Below are positions 28,746 to 37,459 of a DNA stretch of 64,000 nt, piece after piece. The translations under genes were made by a program, and so were the position numbers. The stretch lies in contig JAUWOR010000008.1 of the NCBI GenBank assembly GCA_030612025.1, positions 15,792-79,791 on the forward strand, in the 5' to 3' direction. A model generated the notes under the pieces. It had not been told where the DNA came from and ran no database searches. It saw nothing but the letters and a program-made list of their open reading frames with translations. The stretch is from Dehalococcoidia bacterium. GTDB taxonomy: Bacteria; Chloroflexota; Dehalococcoidia; GIF9; AB-539-J10. Numbering within the stretch: position 1 is the first letter of the stretch; each line of letters opens with the position of its first letter.

Positions 28746-29390
28746 ATGAAGATTACAATTGTTTACGACAACGAAGTAAAGAAGGAGGGACTAAAGGCAG
28801 ATTGGGGATTTTCCGCTCTTATAGAAAATGAAAAGGCGCCGCCAATTCTGTTTGATACCGGTGCCGATGGCACCACATTGCTACACAATATGAAAGAACT
28901 AGACATTGACCCCAAAAATATAGGGATAATAGTGCTCTCACATGCTCATTGGGACCACACTGGAGGGCTTTCTGAGATTCTCAAGCAAAATGAAACCGCT
29001 GAGTTTTACATCCCAAGCTCGTTTAGAAGGGCATTTCCTGCTAGGAAGATAACTACTGTGGGCAAAGAGGCTATTCAAATTTGCCAAGATGTCTTTTCCA
29101 CTGGCGAACTCGGAGGCACAGAGCAGTCCTTGGCCCTCAAGATTGATAAGGGAATATTTGTGGTAACAGGTTGCTCTCACCCGGGAGTGGGGAATATCCT
29201 GAAGGCTGCCTCAAAATTTGGAAGGCTCTATGGAATCGCCGGCGGGTTTCATGGGTTTCGTGACTTTAAGGCTTTAGATGAACTATCGCTAATTTACCCC
29301 TGTCATTGCACTCAATATAAAAGGGAGATAAGAGAGCTATTTAAGGATAAAGCTTTGGAATGTGGAGCCGGATTGGTAATCCAATTGTAG
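28746..29390 (+). CDS. MBL-fold metallo-hydrolase
   Basis: LSHAHWDHTGG motif. 214 aa. Confidence 0.8.
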   Translation: MKITIVYDNEVKKEGLKADWGFSALIENEKAPPILFDTGADGTTLLHNMKELDIDPKNIGIIVLSHAHWDHTGGLSEILKQNETAEFYIPSSFRRAFPARKITTVGKEAIQICQDVFSTGELGGTEQSLALKIDKGIFVVTGCSHPGVGNILKAASKFGRLYGIAGGFHGFRDFKALDELSLIYPCHCTQYKREIRELFKDKALECGAGLVIQL

Positions 29391-29391
29391 C

Positions 29392-30078
29392 CTATGAACC
29401 TCCGTAATCTCTTTCTCCAAATATCTTAGTTCCTATTCTAACTATATTGGCACCTTCCTCTATGGCAATTTTATAGGAGTTTGTCATCCCCATGGAAAGA
29501 TATTTCATCTCTACATTGGGTAAATCAAGCCCCTTAATCCTTTCAAATATCTTTCTTGTCTCCACAAAATAAGGTCGGGCATCTTCAGGGTTTCCAAAAC
29601 GAGGTCCCATAGTCATAAGTCCCATTACTTTGATGTTCCTGAGGTTTGAGACATCTCTTACCAATTGCTCCGCGTCCTCTGGGAATACCCCTGATTTTTG
29701 TTCTTCTCGACCGCTATTTATCTCAATTAATACTGGCATTACTTTGCCAATTTGAGCACATCTCCTATCAATTTCCTTTGCTATTTCCAAAGAATCAACG
29801 GTTTCTATCATATCGAACATTTCCACCGTTTTTCTTCTTACATTATGCTTCTGAAGGGTCCCAATGAAATGCCATCTTGCTCTCTTCCCTACCACTTCAT
29901 ACGCCTTTTTTGCTTCCTGAACATAATTTTCCCCGATGATTTTTACTCCTGCCTGAACCGCCTGCAGAATCTCCTCAGGTGTTCTTGCTTTCGCTGCTGC
30001 TACCAATTCGATACCATTTGGCAATTCAGCCAATATCCTTTGAATGTTTTGTTTAATCAACGCAGCCACATCTACCAT
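29392..30078 (-). CDS. yggS: YggS family pyridoxal-phosphate homeostasis protein
   Basis: LVAAAKARTPEEI, WHFIGTLQKHNV and MGMTNSY motifs. 228 aa. Confidence 0.85.
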   Translation of the reverse strand: MVDVAALIKQNIQRILAELPNGIELVAAAKARTPEEILQAVQAGVKIIGENYVQEAKKAYEVVGKRARWHFIGTLQKHNVRRKTVEMFDMIETVDSLEIAKEIDRRCAQIGKVMPVLIEINSGREEQKSGVFPEDAEQLVRDVSNLRNIKVMGLMTMGPRFGNPEDARPYFVETRKIFERIKGLDLPNVEMKYLSMGMTNSYKIAIEEGANIVRIGTKIFGERDYGGS

Positions 30079-30132
30079 CCAAACTTACAGCTTTATCTGC
30101 ACTCTCAGAGCTTTGATTGTCTTAGTGATAAC

Positions 30133-30765
30133 TCAATCAAAATAGCCCCAGAACCAAAATCTGTCAGTTTGAGGATCGATATAATAGAACTTGTTACCGA
30201 TAAAGCAACCATTCTTAAGATGATACCCATTGTCCCTAGCAACTAGAGTTACGGACATCACATAGCCATCATCATAAGCATGAGCCTGCAACATGCGCGC
30301 AAAATCTTCGCAATCAAACTGATTAGGAATATACCTGTTACTATCAGTATCATCCTGCGAAAGCCAAAGTACCAACTCTTCTTCGCTTCGGAATTCTCTG
30401 AGGGGCCTCCCTGGTCCGGGTTTTGTTTTGTAAGCATCTTTCCAATACGCTATTTGCCATTGGAGATCTGCTATAGCATCCTCCTCTTCCGCTCCCCTTT
30501 TACTCATGACTTGATACTGATACTCCAAGGCCACATATTGATGCTCCAAATCTTCGTACTTTTGGCTTAGGTAATCATATTGCTGGCTTAGGTAATCATT
30601 TCTTGAATTCAATTGCTCATATTCGCAGCTTAATTCAGCGTATGAAGCCTGGATTTGCTGTAACTCCTGCTTAACATTCCTAACATTGGAATGCTGGATA
30701 CCACCAAATACACCTCCTACCACCAGTAAAGCTCCCAACACAGAAATTATAATGGTCTTTCCCAT
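30133..30765 (-). CDS. membrane-anchored coiled-coil protein with C-terminal Cys/His-containing globular domain
   Basis: N-terminal TM helix, a heptad region with a 21-nt tandem duplication (DYLSQQY/DYLSQKY, 30564-30599), and a C-terminal ..FDCEDFARML..GYHLKNG..YYIDPQTD region. Confidence 0.6.
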   Translation of the reverse strand: MGKTIIISVLGALLVVGGVFGGIQHSNVRNVKQELQQIQASYAELSCEYEQLNSRNDYLSQQYDYLSQKYEDLEHQYVALEYQYQVMSKRGAEEEDAIADLQWQIAYWKDAYKTKPGPGRPLREFRSEEELVLWLSQDDTDSNRYIPNQFDCEDFARMLQAHAYDDGYVMSVTLVARDNGYHLKNGCFIGNKFYYIDPQTDRFWFWGYFD

Positions 30766-30978
30766 AATTGTGCCCCCTTACTAATCCCCTTATTTCGTAT
30801 TATGTTGATTGTCGCTTATCAATCCAGTAGCTGGGACGAGAGCTAAGGGAGTTTCCCTTTTTAACATATGCCATTGTATAGCACCACCCTCCACACCCCG
30901 TCTTTCAGATATAACCCCAAATCACAATGGTGCTTGATTTACAAACTGAGGAACTTTGAGCTTAATTTCATATTTAAT

Positions 30979-31023
30979 GTGAGCCGCCAAGGACTCGAAC
31001 CCTGAACCGGCTGATTAAGAGTC
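30979..31023 (-). repeat. 45-nt partial copy of the tRNA-Lys(CTT) 3' portion (att-type direct repeat, distal copy)
   Basis: GTGAGCCGCCAAGGACTCGAACCCTGAACCGGCTGATTAAGAGTC differs from 35844-35888 by one mismatch. The flanking sequence does not complete a cloverleaf. Confidence 0.8.
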
Positions 31024-31161
31024 GCAAGCGAACTATACCACCCGATGCTCCCAAATAGCAAGACGTGCTATAAGGTTTGAGGATTAGACTCATTTTGTAT
31101 CTGAGGTGGCATCAGGTGCTGGGGCATGCTCAGAAGTTTGTTAGCAAAATGTTAGCAAAAC

Positions 31162-31320
31162 TTAGGAGCTTGGGAGAGTCTCTGGTTGGTTCGGTTCTTC
31201 CCTCTTTTCCTGGGAAATTTCTAGCCTGGCGCCACACTTGAGGCAGGTTTGGTGGTCTGGCTCAAGCAATGCCCAGCCATAACAGTGGTAACCACATTTG
31301 GGACATTTTCCTTCTGGCAT
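31162..31320 (-). CDS. 52-aa zinc-ribbon protein
   Basis: Not in the ORF track. GGAGGAGTG SD 4 nt upstream of the ATG at 31320, i.e. just after the stop of the upstream HTH gene. Translation: MPEGKCPKCGYHCYGWALLEPDHQTCLKCGARLEISQEKREEPNQPETLPSS. Confidence 0.55.
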   Translation of the reverse strand: MPEGKCPKCGYHCYGWALLEPDHQTCLKCGARLEISQEKREEPNQPETLPSS

Positions 31321-31323
31321 CGT

Positions 31324-31629
31324 TCACTCCTCCTTCAGAAGGGCGTCGACATCCTGGCGGCGGAATCTCCTATCATGGCGGGGGCCAATACGGTATGATT
31401 TTAGTATTCCGTTTTCACTCCAGTGTCTCACAGTATTGGGATGCAACCCAAGCAACTGAGCTACACCGCTTGTCGTGAGCATAGCCCCAGAGGCTTTTTG
31501 CGGTGATGGTTTCTCCGTGGCAATTTGCCTGACTCGCTCACGACTTATGCCCAACCTGCGACCGATTTCGGCATAACTTAACTCGGCCTTCCTTAACTCA
31601 ACTACCTCATCCCGCGAAGTCATTAGCAC
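31324..31629 (-). CDS. two-HTH DNA-binding protein (sigma-70 region-4-like HTH + excisionase/MerR-type HTH)
   Basis: LSYAEIGRRLGISRERVRQI and MLTTSGVAQLLGLHPNTVRHWSENGILKSYRIGPRHDRRFRRQDV. Confidence 0.7.
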   Translation of the reverse strand: MLMTSRDEVVELRKAELSYAEIGRRLGISRERVRQIATEKPSPQKASGAMLTTSGVAQLLGLHPNTVRHWSENGILKSYRIGPRHDRRFRRQDVDALLKEE

Positions 31630-31714
31630 TGTCAGCCTCCTATAAATCCCGGGTTAGGGAGTCCCTTTTATGGGACTCCCCTTCCGTGATTCTAGCCTTG
31701 AGTTTAGCCAATGT

Positions 31715-34700
31715 TTAGCCCTCAGCCCTGCGGCGCCTGATAACAATAAAGCTACCAGCTATTATAGCCATACCTATAACAATCCACGGCGCCAGAATAG
31801 CTGGCTTATTAACGGGGTAAGCCTCACCACCTACTGGAGGCGCTACTGGGTAGGATTTAGAATCATTGGGATCCGTCTCACCAGGGTCCACCCTCCCATT
31901 GCCATTGAGGTCCTCTTGACCATCCGAAAAGCCGTCGCCATCGGTGTCAGGATTCAAAGGATCGGTAGTCGTGGTAGGATCAGCATCGGGGATGAATACC
32001 GCTGGGTCGGTATCAACTCCCTGTGGTGCGGTGAGACCTTTCTCTGTGCCATCCTGGACTCCATCACCATCTGTGTCTGGGTTGTTGGGGTCGGTTTCGC
32101 CGGCATCCACACAGCCATTCGCATTCATGTCCTCTGAGCTAGCAGGGCCATCCAACAGGCCATCGTCATCTGTATCCCCATCGTTGGGATCAGTTGTGGT
32201 GTCTGGACAACAATCCCCAGGACCACCCTCTTCGACGCAAGTTGGCAAGCCATCGCCGTCTGGATCGTCAGAGGGGGCAGTTAGCCAGGGTGTAACCGTC
32301 ACGTCAGCGCTCGTTTTGTCTCCTGGCCCACCTGGGTTCTCATCGGGATCATCCGGTCCGCCGGCGTTGCCCCACCAGTTGTAGGTGGCGTCTACCACGT
32401 TGCCGGTGGTATCATTGACTCCGAAGTTCGTATTGCCGGAGATGTTGTTGCAGTTTATTGGGTTGTCGTGGCAATTGGTACCTGCCAGCTTAATCCCTAT
32501 ATCGGTGTTCGAGGTGATGTCGTTGTTATAGATTTCGTTGCCGCTGGTATGGGGGCCACACCCCCAGAACAGATAGATACCTTTCTCCGAGTTCCCAGTT
32601 ATGAGGTTCCCGTATATCTCGTTGTCGGGTGAATTCTCCAACATGATGCCGACGGTGTTGTCCGAGATAGCGTTGTTGTCGTAGATCTCGTTGTCATGGG
32701 CGTTGAATAAGTATATACCATATCTAACGCCCCCTCCGGTGTTATGTGATACCTCGTTTTCGTATACCTTGTTGCCGTCGCATCCTATATCCATCCAGAT
32801 GCCCTTCTTGTTGGAGTTAGTTGTATTGTCGTGTATCAGGTTGTTGTCTGCATACTGCATGAATATACCGGTATTCCTCCACCCAGTAATTGAGTTAAAA
32901 GTATTGCCGACAATTTCGTTGCCATTGGATTCATATACCTGTATGCCATAGTCCACCGCGTTATTTGAAAAATCGTTTCCGGATATGGTATTGTTATTTG
33001 CCGAGTTCTCCAGGTAAATGCCGTCCCCAAACTGCAAGTTGCTACCTATATTGTTGGATATAGTGCAGCCAGATGCACCATCAAGCCATATGCCCCTAGC
33101 GGCATTTTGCACGGTGAAGCCGTCGAAGGTTACATTATCGGCTGTTATCTTAACAACAGGATTCGGACCGGGCCCTCCACCATCTATAAACGTGTTCGCT
33201 GCTGTGCCATTGGACTGGATGGTTAGGTTGGCCTTATCCACGGTTATCGGGAAAGTCTCGCCAAGAGCAGCATTGTATGTGCCCTCCGCCACATGCACCG
33301 TGCTCCCAGAAACATTATCAATACCGTCTTGGATAGTGGCAAAGGCATCGTAGCCAAAGGTGTGCCCATCGGCTGGGTCACCAGGACTAAGGCTTGCCCA
33401 ATCGTCGTCTACCCAGACTTCATCGGCTAGGGGCAGAAAACGAATGCCAATATCACCGCCGTCAGAACCAGCATTTTTGCATGGTGACCCACCTTGCAAG
33501 GTGTAATCTAATCCAGCCGCATTAGTCCATAGCGGGTCTTGGTTAATACAACCATTAGCCGCAAGCGCAAGCGTATCCCAGCCATCGTCTATATTGTTCC
33601 ACGTGTCAGTATAAGTAACATTGGGTGCATCGATGCAAAAAGCTTCCCCTCCGTTTGCCACAATGCAGTCTCTAACTGTTCGTGTAGCCGCCCAATTGTT
33701 AAACCCATAACTCTGAAATACATTGGCTACACAGTTTTCAAACACAATTTCACCGGGACACACCCAGTCAGCTTCAAAAGCACCATAACTATCATGAACT
33801 ACGCAGTTAGAAACTGTCCATGTGCCGTCACAACTTCCAAAACGCATACCAAGGCCCTTATAGGAACTCTTGGCATTTTCTACCAGACAGTATTCAATAA
33901 ACCCAACACTTCCAGATAGAGTGTGAAATATCCCTATACCCTTTGGTTTGGGATGCCAAAAGCCGCTACTGTCACCGGTAAACCAGATATGGTTATTCTG
34001 GATATAGACATTTGAGCATTCATGGATGTGGAGTGCTGCTAAGTCGTTCCCTGCGCTGGCCTCATTGTCGCCGCAGCGTTCAAATTTACAGCCGCGCACA
34101 ACAATGTTACCGCCGCTCATTTTACGGAAATTTACGCCTACTCCTCCCTGGTTAGCATCGTTGATGAAGGAACAGCTTTGCACCAGTATTGTATGCACAT
34201 TCGGGTGATAATAATCCGGGCCTGATTGACCCTGTTGGTGATTGGTAATCATACCCCAAGCATAGTAATCCATAGGATTATTCTTCATGGTAAGCCCGAC
34301 AAAACCAATATTGTTACTTGTTCCTTCCAGCCAAAAACCACGGTCTGCACTGGACGCTGGAGTTGGATTGGCTGAACAGTCAATAATCGGAGTATTACCA
34401 CTTTTTGCCCGAACAATCAGTTTTTCTATGTTGTTTATGTGGATATTTCCGTCATAGACAGCTTCATCCTGGATCTCAATGATAGCCCAATCATCTCCGT
34501 CACGCGTGAGAGCACCTTCAACAGCAATCTTCAGGGCATCACCACCACCTGTTACTGTCATCGTGGCAGCAGCATTTAATTTGCTCACCAAACCGTTGAA
34601 GGCCGCAGGCAAATCCGTGAATTCCCCCCACCGACCATTCGGGTCCCATATTACAGTGTCTCTGTACGTATCTGCGTTTGCCTCCACCGTTCCTGCCATT

Positions 34701-34786
34701 GGCACTGCTATTATTCCCAAAGACAACACTAGTGCCAGGGCAACCAGCAAATAAACTGGCTTGGCATACCATTTTGTTTTACTCAT
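31715..34786 (-). CDS. 1023-aa secreted/surface protein: signal/TM, right-handed beta-helix (PbH1/NosD-like) repeats, thrombospondin-type-3-like Ca-binding repeats, C-terminal TM + RRRR anchor
   Basis: N-terminal KPVYLLVALALVLSLGIIAVPMAG. Many N-x-I-x-x-N / GI-x-L repeats. DPNDGDTDDDGLLDG, DPNNPDTDGDGVQDG and DPLNPDTDGDGFSDG. C-terminal ILAPWIVIGMAIIAGSFIVIRRRRAEG. Confidence 0.8.
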   Translation of the reverse strand: MSKTKWYAKPVYLLVALALVLSLGIIAVPMAGTVEANADTYRDTVIWDPNGRWGEFTDLPAAFNGLVSKLNAAATMTVTGGGDALKIAVEGALTRDGDDWAIIEIQDEAVYDGNIHINNIEKLIVRAKSGNTPIIDCSANPTPASSADRGFWLEGTSNNIGFVGLTMKNNPMDYYAWGMITNHQQGQSGPDYYHPNVHTILVQSCSFINDANQGGVGVNFRKMSGGNIVVRGCKFERCGDNEASAGNDLAALHIHECSNVYIQNNHIWFTGDSSGFWHPKPKGIGIFHTLSGSVGFIEYCLVENAKSSYKGLGMRFGSCDGTWTVSNCVVHDSYGAFEADWVCPGEIVFENCVANVFQSYGFNNWAATRTVRDCIVANGGEAFCIDAPNVTYTDTWNNIDDGWDTLALAANGCINQDPLWTNAAGLDYTLQGGSPCKNAGSDGGDIGIRFLPLADEVWVDDDWASLSPGDPADGHTFGYDAFATIQDGIDNVSGSTVHVAEGTYNAALGETFPITVDKANLTIQSNGTAANTFIDGGGPGPNPVVKITADNVTFDGFTVQNAARGIWLDGASGCTISNNIGSNLQFGDGIYLENSANNNTISGNDFSNNAVDYGIQVYESNGNEIVGNTFNSITGWRNTGIFMQYADNNLIHDNTTNSNKKGIWMDIGCDGNKVYENEVSHNTGGGVRYGIYLFNAHDNEIYDNNAISDNTVGIMLENSPDNEIYGNLITGNSEKGIYLFWGCGPHTSGNEIYNNDITSNTDIGIKLAGTNCHDNPINCNNISGNTNFGVNDTTGNVVDATYNWWGNAGGPDDPDENPGGPGDKTSADVTVTPWLTAPSDDPDGDGLPTCVEEGGPGDCCPDTTTDPNDGDTDDDGLLDGPASSEDMNANGCVDAGETDPNNPDTDGDGVQDGTEKGLTAPQGVDTDPAVFIPDADPTTTTDPLNPDTDGDGFSDGQEDLNGNGRVDPGETDPNDSKSYPVAPPVGGEAYPVNKPAILAPWIVIGMAIIAGSFIVIRRRRAEG

Positions 34787-34809
34787 TTTTTCCTCCTTTC
34801 GTTATTTTT

Positions 34810-34869
34810 GAGATTGCCACGCTGTTTGCCACGCCTTCGGCTGACAACTTCGGCTCGCAATGACAGCCC
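34810..34869. repeat. 60-nt REP-like element (GAGATTGC..GCCACGCCTTCGGCT..CGGCTCGCAATGACAGC), intergenic twin of the copy inside the DUF89 gene
   Basis: Aligns gap-free over 60 nt with 58414-58473, with about 8 mismatches. Confidence 0.75.
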
Positions 34870-34919
34870 TGGGGAATGCCCAAGGGCACCGGCATGGGTA
34901 ATTATTATGTTAAGCTGTT

Positions 34920-35336
34920 TCATGGATTGTCACCCTCACCTTTAGCCTCTCCCATCAAGGGAGAGGGAATGCGAGTTTTGGTGCGCCGAAGCAAGGAACG
35001 AACCCAGGCTAAAAGCAAGATTAAATTAAAGGGGTGAGTCATATAAACATCTGCTCCGGATTCCAGAAAATGAATTCCTGCCCTTTCTTCCTTATCTTTG
35101 CCAAGGATAATGATGGGAGCTTTGCATATCTCCCGAATCTGCTTACATGGCTTATCTCCATTCATTTCAGCGAGAGCCTCAGCCATGATTATCACATCAG
35201 GCTCTTTCCTCCGTATTTCAGCCAAAGCTTGCTGACCATCATCAGCAGTTACCACTTGAAACCCTGAGTGCTGTAAGACGAAAGTTAATCTATCCGCTGC
35301 CTGTAGGTGGGGATGAATTAGTAAAATCCTGTCCAT
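34920..35336 (-). CDS. stand-alone pseudo-receiver (CheY-like fold lacking the phospho-acceptor residues)
   Basis: Receiver-like layout, but ILLIHPH replaces the DD pocket, VIIMAEAL replaces the D57 site, ILG replaces T87 and THPF replaces K109. The last ~15 codons (SPLMGEAKGEGDNP) are encoded by a REP-like hairpin (34929-34975). Confidence 0.65.
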   Translation of the reverse strand: MDRILLIHPHLQAADRLTFVLQHSGFQVVTADDGQQALAEIRRKEPDVIIMAEALAEMNGDKPCKQIREICKAPIIILGKDKEERAGIHFLESGADVYMTHPFNLILLLAWVRSLLRRTKTRIPSPLMGEAKGEGDNP

Positions 35337-35537
35337 CGGCTCCTTCAGCTAATATCCTGATAGGGGCTTGCCACCTTTAGTTATCATATATCGTAGCATC
35401 AAGTTTTGTCAAGATGCTTCTAATAACTTCTTTTTATTTCTAGTTGTGCCTAATTTTGGCCAGCTTGATATTCTTGGGTCAAATACAGTAAATTTCGGGT
35501 TTTTAATCAGGCAGGATTGAAAGTAAAGGATAAGTCT

Positions 35538-35729
35538 ATGGTAAAGGAAGATGAACTAAACCGAGGTGTAGAGAGGATATTCCTGACGTTTCGGGAAGCG
35601 CAGAGCTTTTTAGGGATAAGCCATCAAACGATGTATAAGCTTATGAAGGAGGGGCTGCCGTCTCATAAGATAGCCAGGAACCGGGTGTTCTTTAGGGAAG
35701 ACCTTATTAAATGGATAAGAGACCACTGA
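35538..35729 (+). CDS. excisionase-family HTH DNA-binding protein
   Basis: FLTFREAQSFLGISHQTMYKLMKEGLPSHKIARNRVFFREDLIKWI. The ATG at 35538 is preferred over the TTG at 35517. Confidence 0.7.
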   Translation: MVKEDELNRGVERIFLTFREAQSFLGISHQTMYKLMKEGLPSHKIARNRVFFREDLIKWIRDH

Positions 35730-35841
35730 TTGGTGAAGGATTAAGGCAAGGGTTACTTTGAATCTATGCTAGAGTGCGTGAGATTTGACAAGATACTGAA
35801 GCTAGATGCTAACAAAATATTAGCAAAGGGTCTTAACCACG

Positions 35842-35917
35842 TGGTGAGCCGCCAGGGACTCGAACCCTGAACCGGCTGATTAAGAGTCAGCTGCTCTTCC
35901 AATTGAGCTAGCGGCCC
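35842..35917 (-). tRNA. tRNA-Lys(CTT), encoded CCA
   Basis: GGGCCGCTAGCTCAATTGGAAGAGCAGCTGACTCTTAATCAGCCGGTTCAGGGTTCGAGTCCCTGGCGGCTCACCA. Anticodon loop CTCTTAA. Confidence 0.85.
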
Positions 35918-36028
35918 ACAAGTAAATAGATATTATCACTGAAAAAGGATAGAAGACAAGGCCAAGAATAAACAAACCTCCTCCTGCCTTTGAGACAGGA
36001 GGAGGTAAAAAGCTAATCTCGCGGCGAG

Positions 36029-36781
36029 TTAAATTATGGCATAGGCTATCTGAATGGTGAGAGTGATTTTCAGCTCTCCAGGGATTATAGGAGTCTCCGG
36101 GGCAGGAGCTGCACTAACTTCTTCCAAAGCCCTGGTAAGTTCTGGCCGATATACGGCACCCTCGGAAATATAAGTGGGCTTACCCAGCTTAACATCGGCT
36201 AAATCAGCTAATTGTAATGCTTTGTCTTTAGCATCCTTCACCGCTTTAGCTCGCGCCTCTTCATAGTATGGAGTTGGGTCATCCACACTAAAGCTTATCC
36301 CCTGAATCTGAGTAAGGTCACCGCCAGCTTCGGCTACAGCATCAATAATATCCCCAACTTTGTCCATCTCTCTTATCTTGGCAACCACTATATTGGTCAC
36401 TCGGTAGCCAATGATTTCCTCCTCATCTTTCTCTCTAATCCATCTTGTCACGGGATAGATGCTGAATCGCTGCGTCTGGATATCCTTCTCAGCCACGCCA
36501 TTATCTTTCAATGCTACCACCACTTCATCCATGGCTTCGCTTGCCTGTGTTTGAGCCTCGGCTACTGTATCCGCACGAGCCTCAACTCCAAGGCGCAACT
36601 CAGCTATATCGGGAACTGCCATTGCTTCTCCCTGACCAGTAACCCATATTCCAGTACTTTGCTGCTGCGCTACAGGAACAACATCTGGACTACCTTCCCA
36701 CCCCGGTATACTAGCGCAGCCAGCGGCACCTAATGCCAGCACCGCTATCAAACAAGGAATTAACCACCTAGCCTTTTTCAT
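36029..36781 (-). CDS. SIMPL/DUF541 domain lipoprotein
   Basis: Lipobox LGAAGCAS and a SIMPL-like body (..GVEARADTVAEAQ.., ..ITLTIQIAYAI). Confidence 0.7.
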   Translation of the reverse strand: MKKARWLIPCLIAVLALGAAGCASIPGWEGSPDVVPVAQQQSTGIWVTGQGEAMAVPDIAELRLGVEARADTVAEAQTQASEAMDEVVVALKDNGVAEKDIQTQRFSIYPVTRWIREKDEEEIIGYRVTNIVVAKIREMDKVGDIIDAVAEAGGDLTQIQGISFSVDDPTPYYEEARAKAVKDAKDKALQLADLADVKLGKPTYISEGAVYRPELTRALEEVSAAPAPETPIIPGELKITLTIQIAYAII

Positions 36782-36865
36782 GCAAACCTCCTCTCGTAAA
36801 AGTATCTTTTCACTTGGTATAACGACTAAACTGACTTTTGGTTTATGATAGAATAGCTTTCGTTA

Positions 36866-37459
36866 ATGAAAATTCTTCGCGAAATCGGCATAACCATTCT
36901 CATAGCTGCTGCCATCTTCGTTACCATTAAAGCCACCGTGCAAGGCTATAGGGTGCAATATTCCTGTATGCTACCAAATATTGAAGATGGTGAGTGGATT
37001 ATGGTGAATAAAGCAAGTTATTTCTTCTCGAATCCTGAACGAGGAGAGATTATTGTCTTTTGGCCGCCTGAGGATGTTAACTCACAATACCCGTTCATCA
37101 AGCGAGTTATTGTCCTGCCCGGCGATACCATGGAAATTAAGGATGGCACGGTCTTCATCAATGGTATTCCCATAAATGAACCTTATATCTTTCCAGAACC
37201 ATCACGACGCTATAAGGACTTTGGCCCGGAAAAAATGCTTGTTGACCAATATTTTGTTCTGGGAGACAATCGTAACAATAGCAATGATTCCCGTTCCTGG
37301 GGGACAGTCTCCCGAGATGACATTATCGGCAGGGCCTGGTTTGTGTACTGGCCACCGAGCAAATGGGGACTGGTAAAACATTACGGCTACCCGGAGTTAA
37401 CTGAAGCAGGTGCGCTGGGAGCAGCAATCTGCAATTCAGTGGGAGGTGCACTTGAGTGA
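36866..37459 (+). CDS. lepB: signal peptidase I
   Basis: N-terminal TM, SCMLPNI (S-M-x-P), KRVIVLPGD, GDNRNNSNDSR. Confidence 0.85.
   Translation: MKILREIGITILIAAAIFVTIKATVQGYRVQYSCMLPNIEDGEWIMVNKASYFFSNPERGEIIVFWPPEDVNSQYPFIKRVIVLPGDTMEIKDGTVFINGIPINEPYIFPEPSRRYKDFGPEKMLVDQYFVLGDNRNNSNDSRSWGTVSRDDIIGRAWFVYWPPSKWGLVKHYGYPELTEAGALGAAICNSVGGALE

Larger units (their letters stand above)
30979..35888. mobile_element. integrase-less genomic islet inserted at tRNA-Lys(CTT), bounded by 45-nt direct repeats
   Basis: Direct repeats at 30979-31023 and 35844-35888 (anticodon loop through acceptor 3' end). Cargo differs in character from the flanks. Excisionase-type HTH genes sit near both ends. Confidence 0.6.

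Noticed and set aside
31024-31056. Possible second tRNA completing the partial tRNA-Lys copy at 30979-31023.
   Set aside because: The upstream sequence (reverse complement GGGAGCATCGGGTGGTATAGTTCGCTTGC) cannot pair with the acceptor 3' strand or form a D-arm. Only the 45-nt repeat is tRNA-derived.
31670-34863. Numerous plus- and minus-strand ORFs of 60-155 aa inside 31715-34786.
   Set aside because: All are alternative-frame or antisense shadows of the 1023-aa beta-helix gene, whose repeat structure keeps several frames open.
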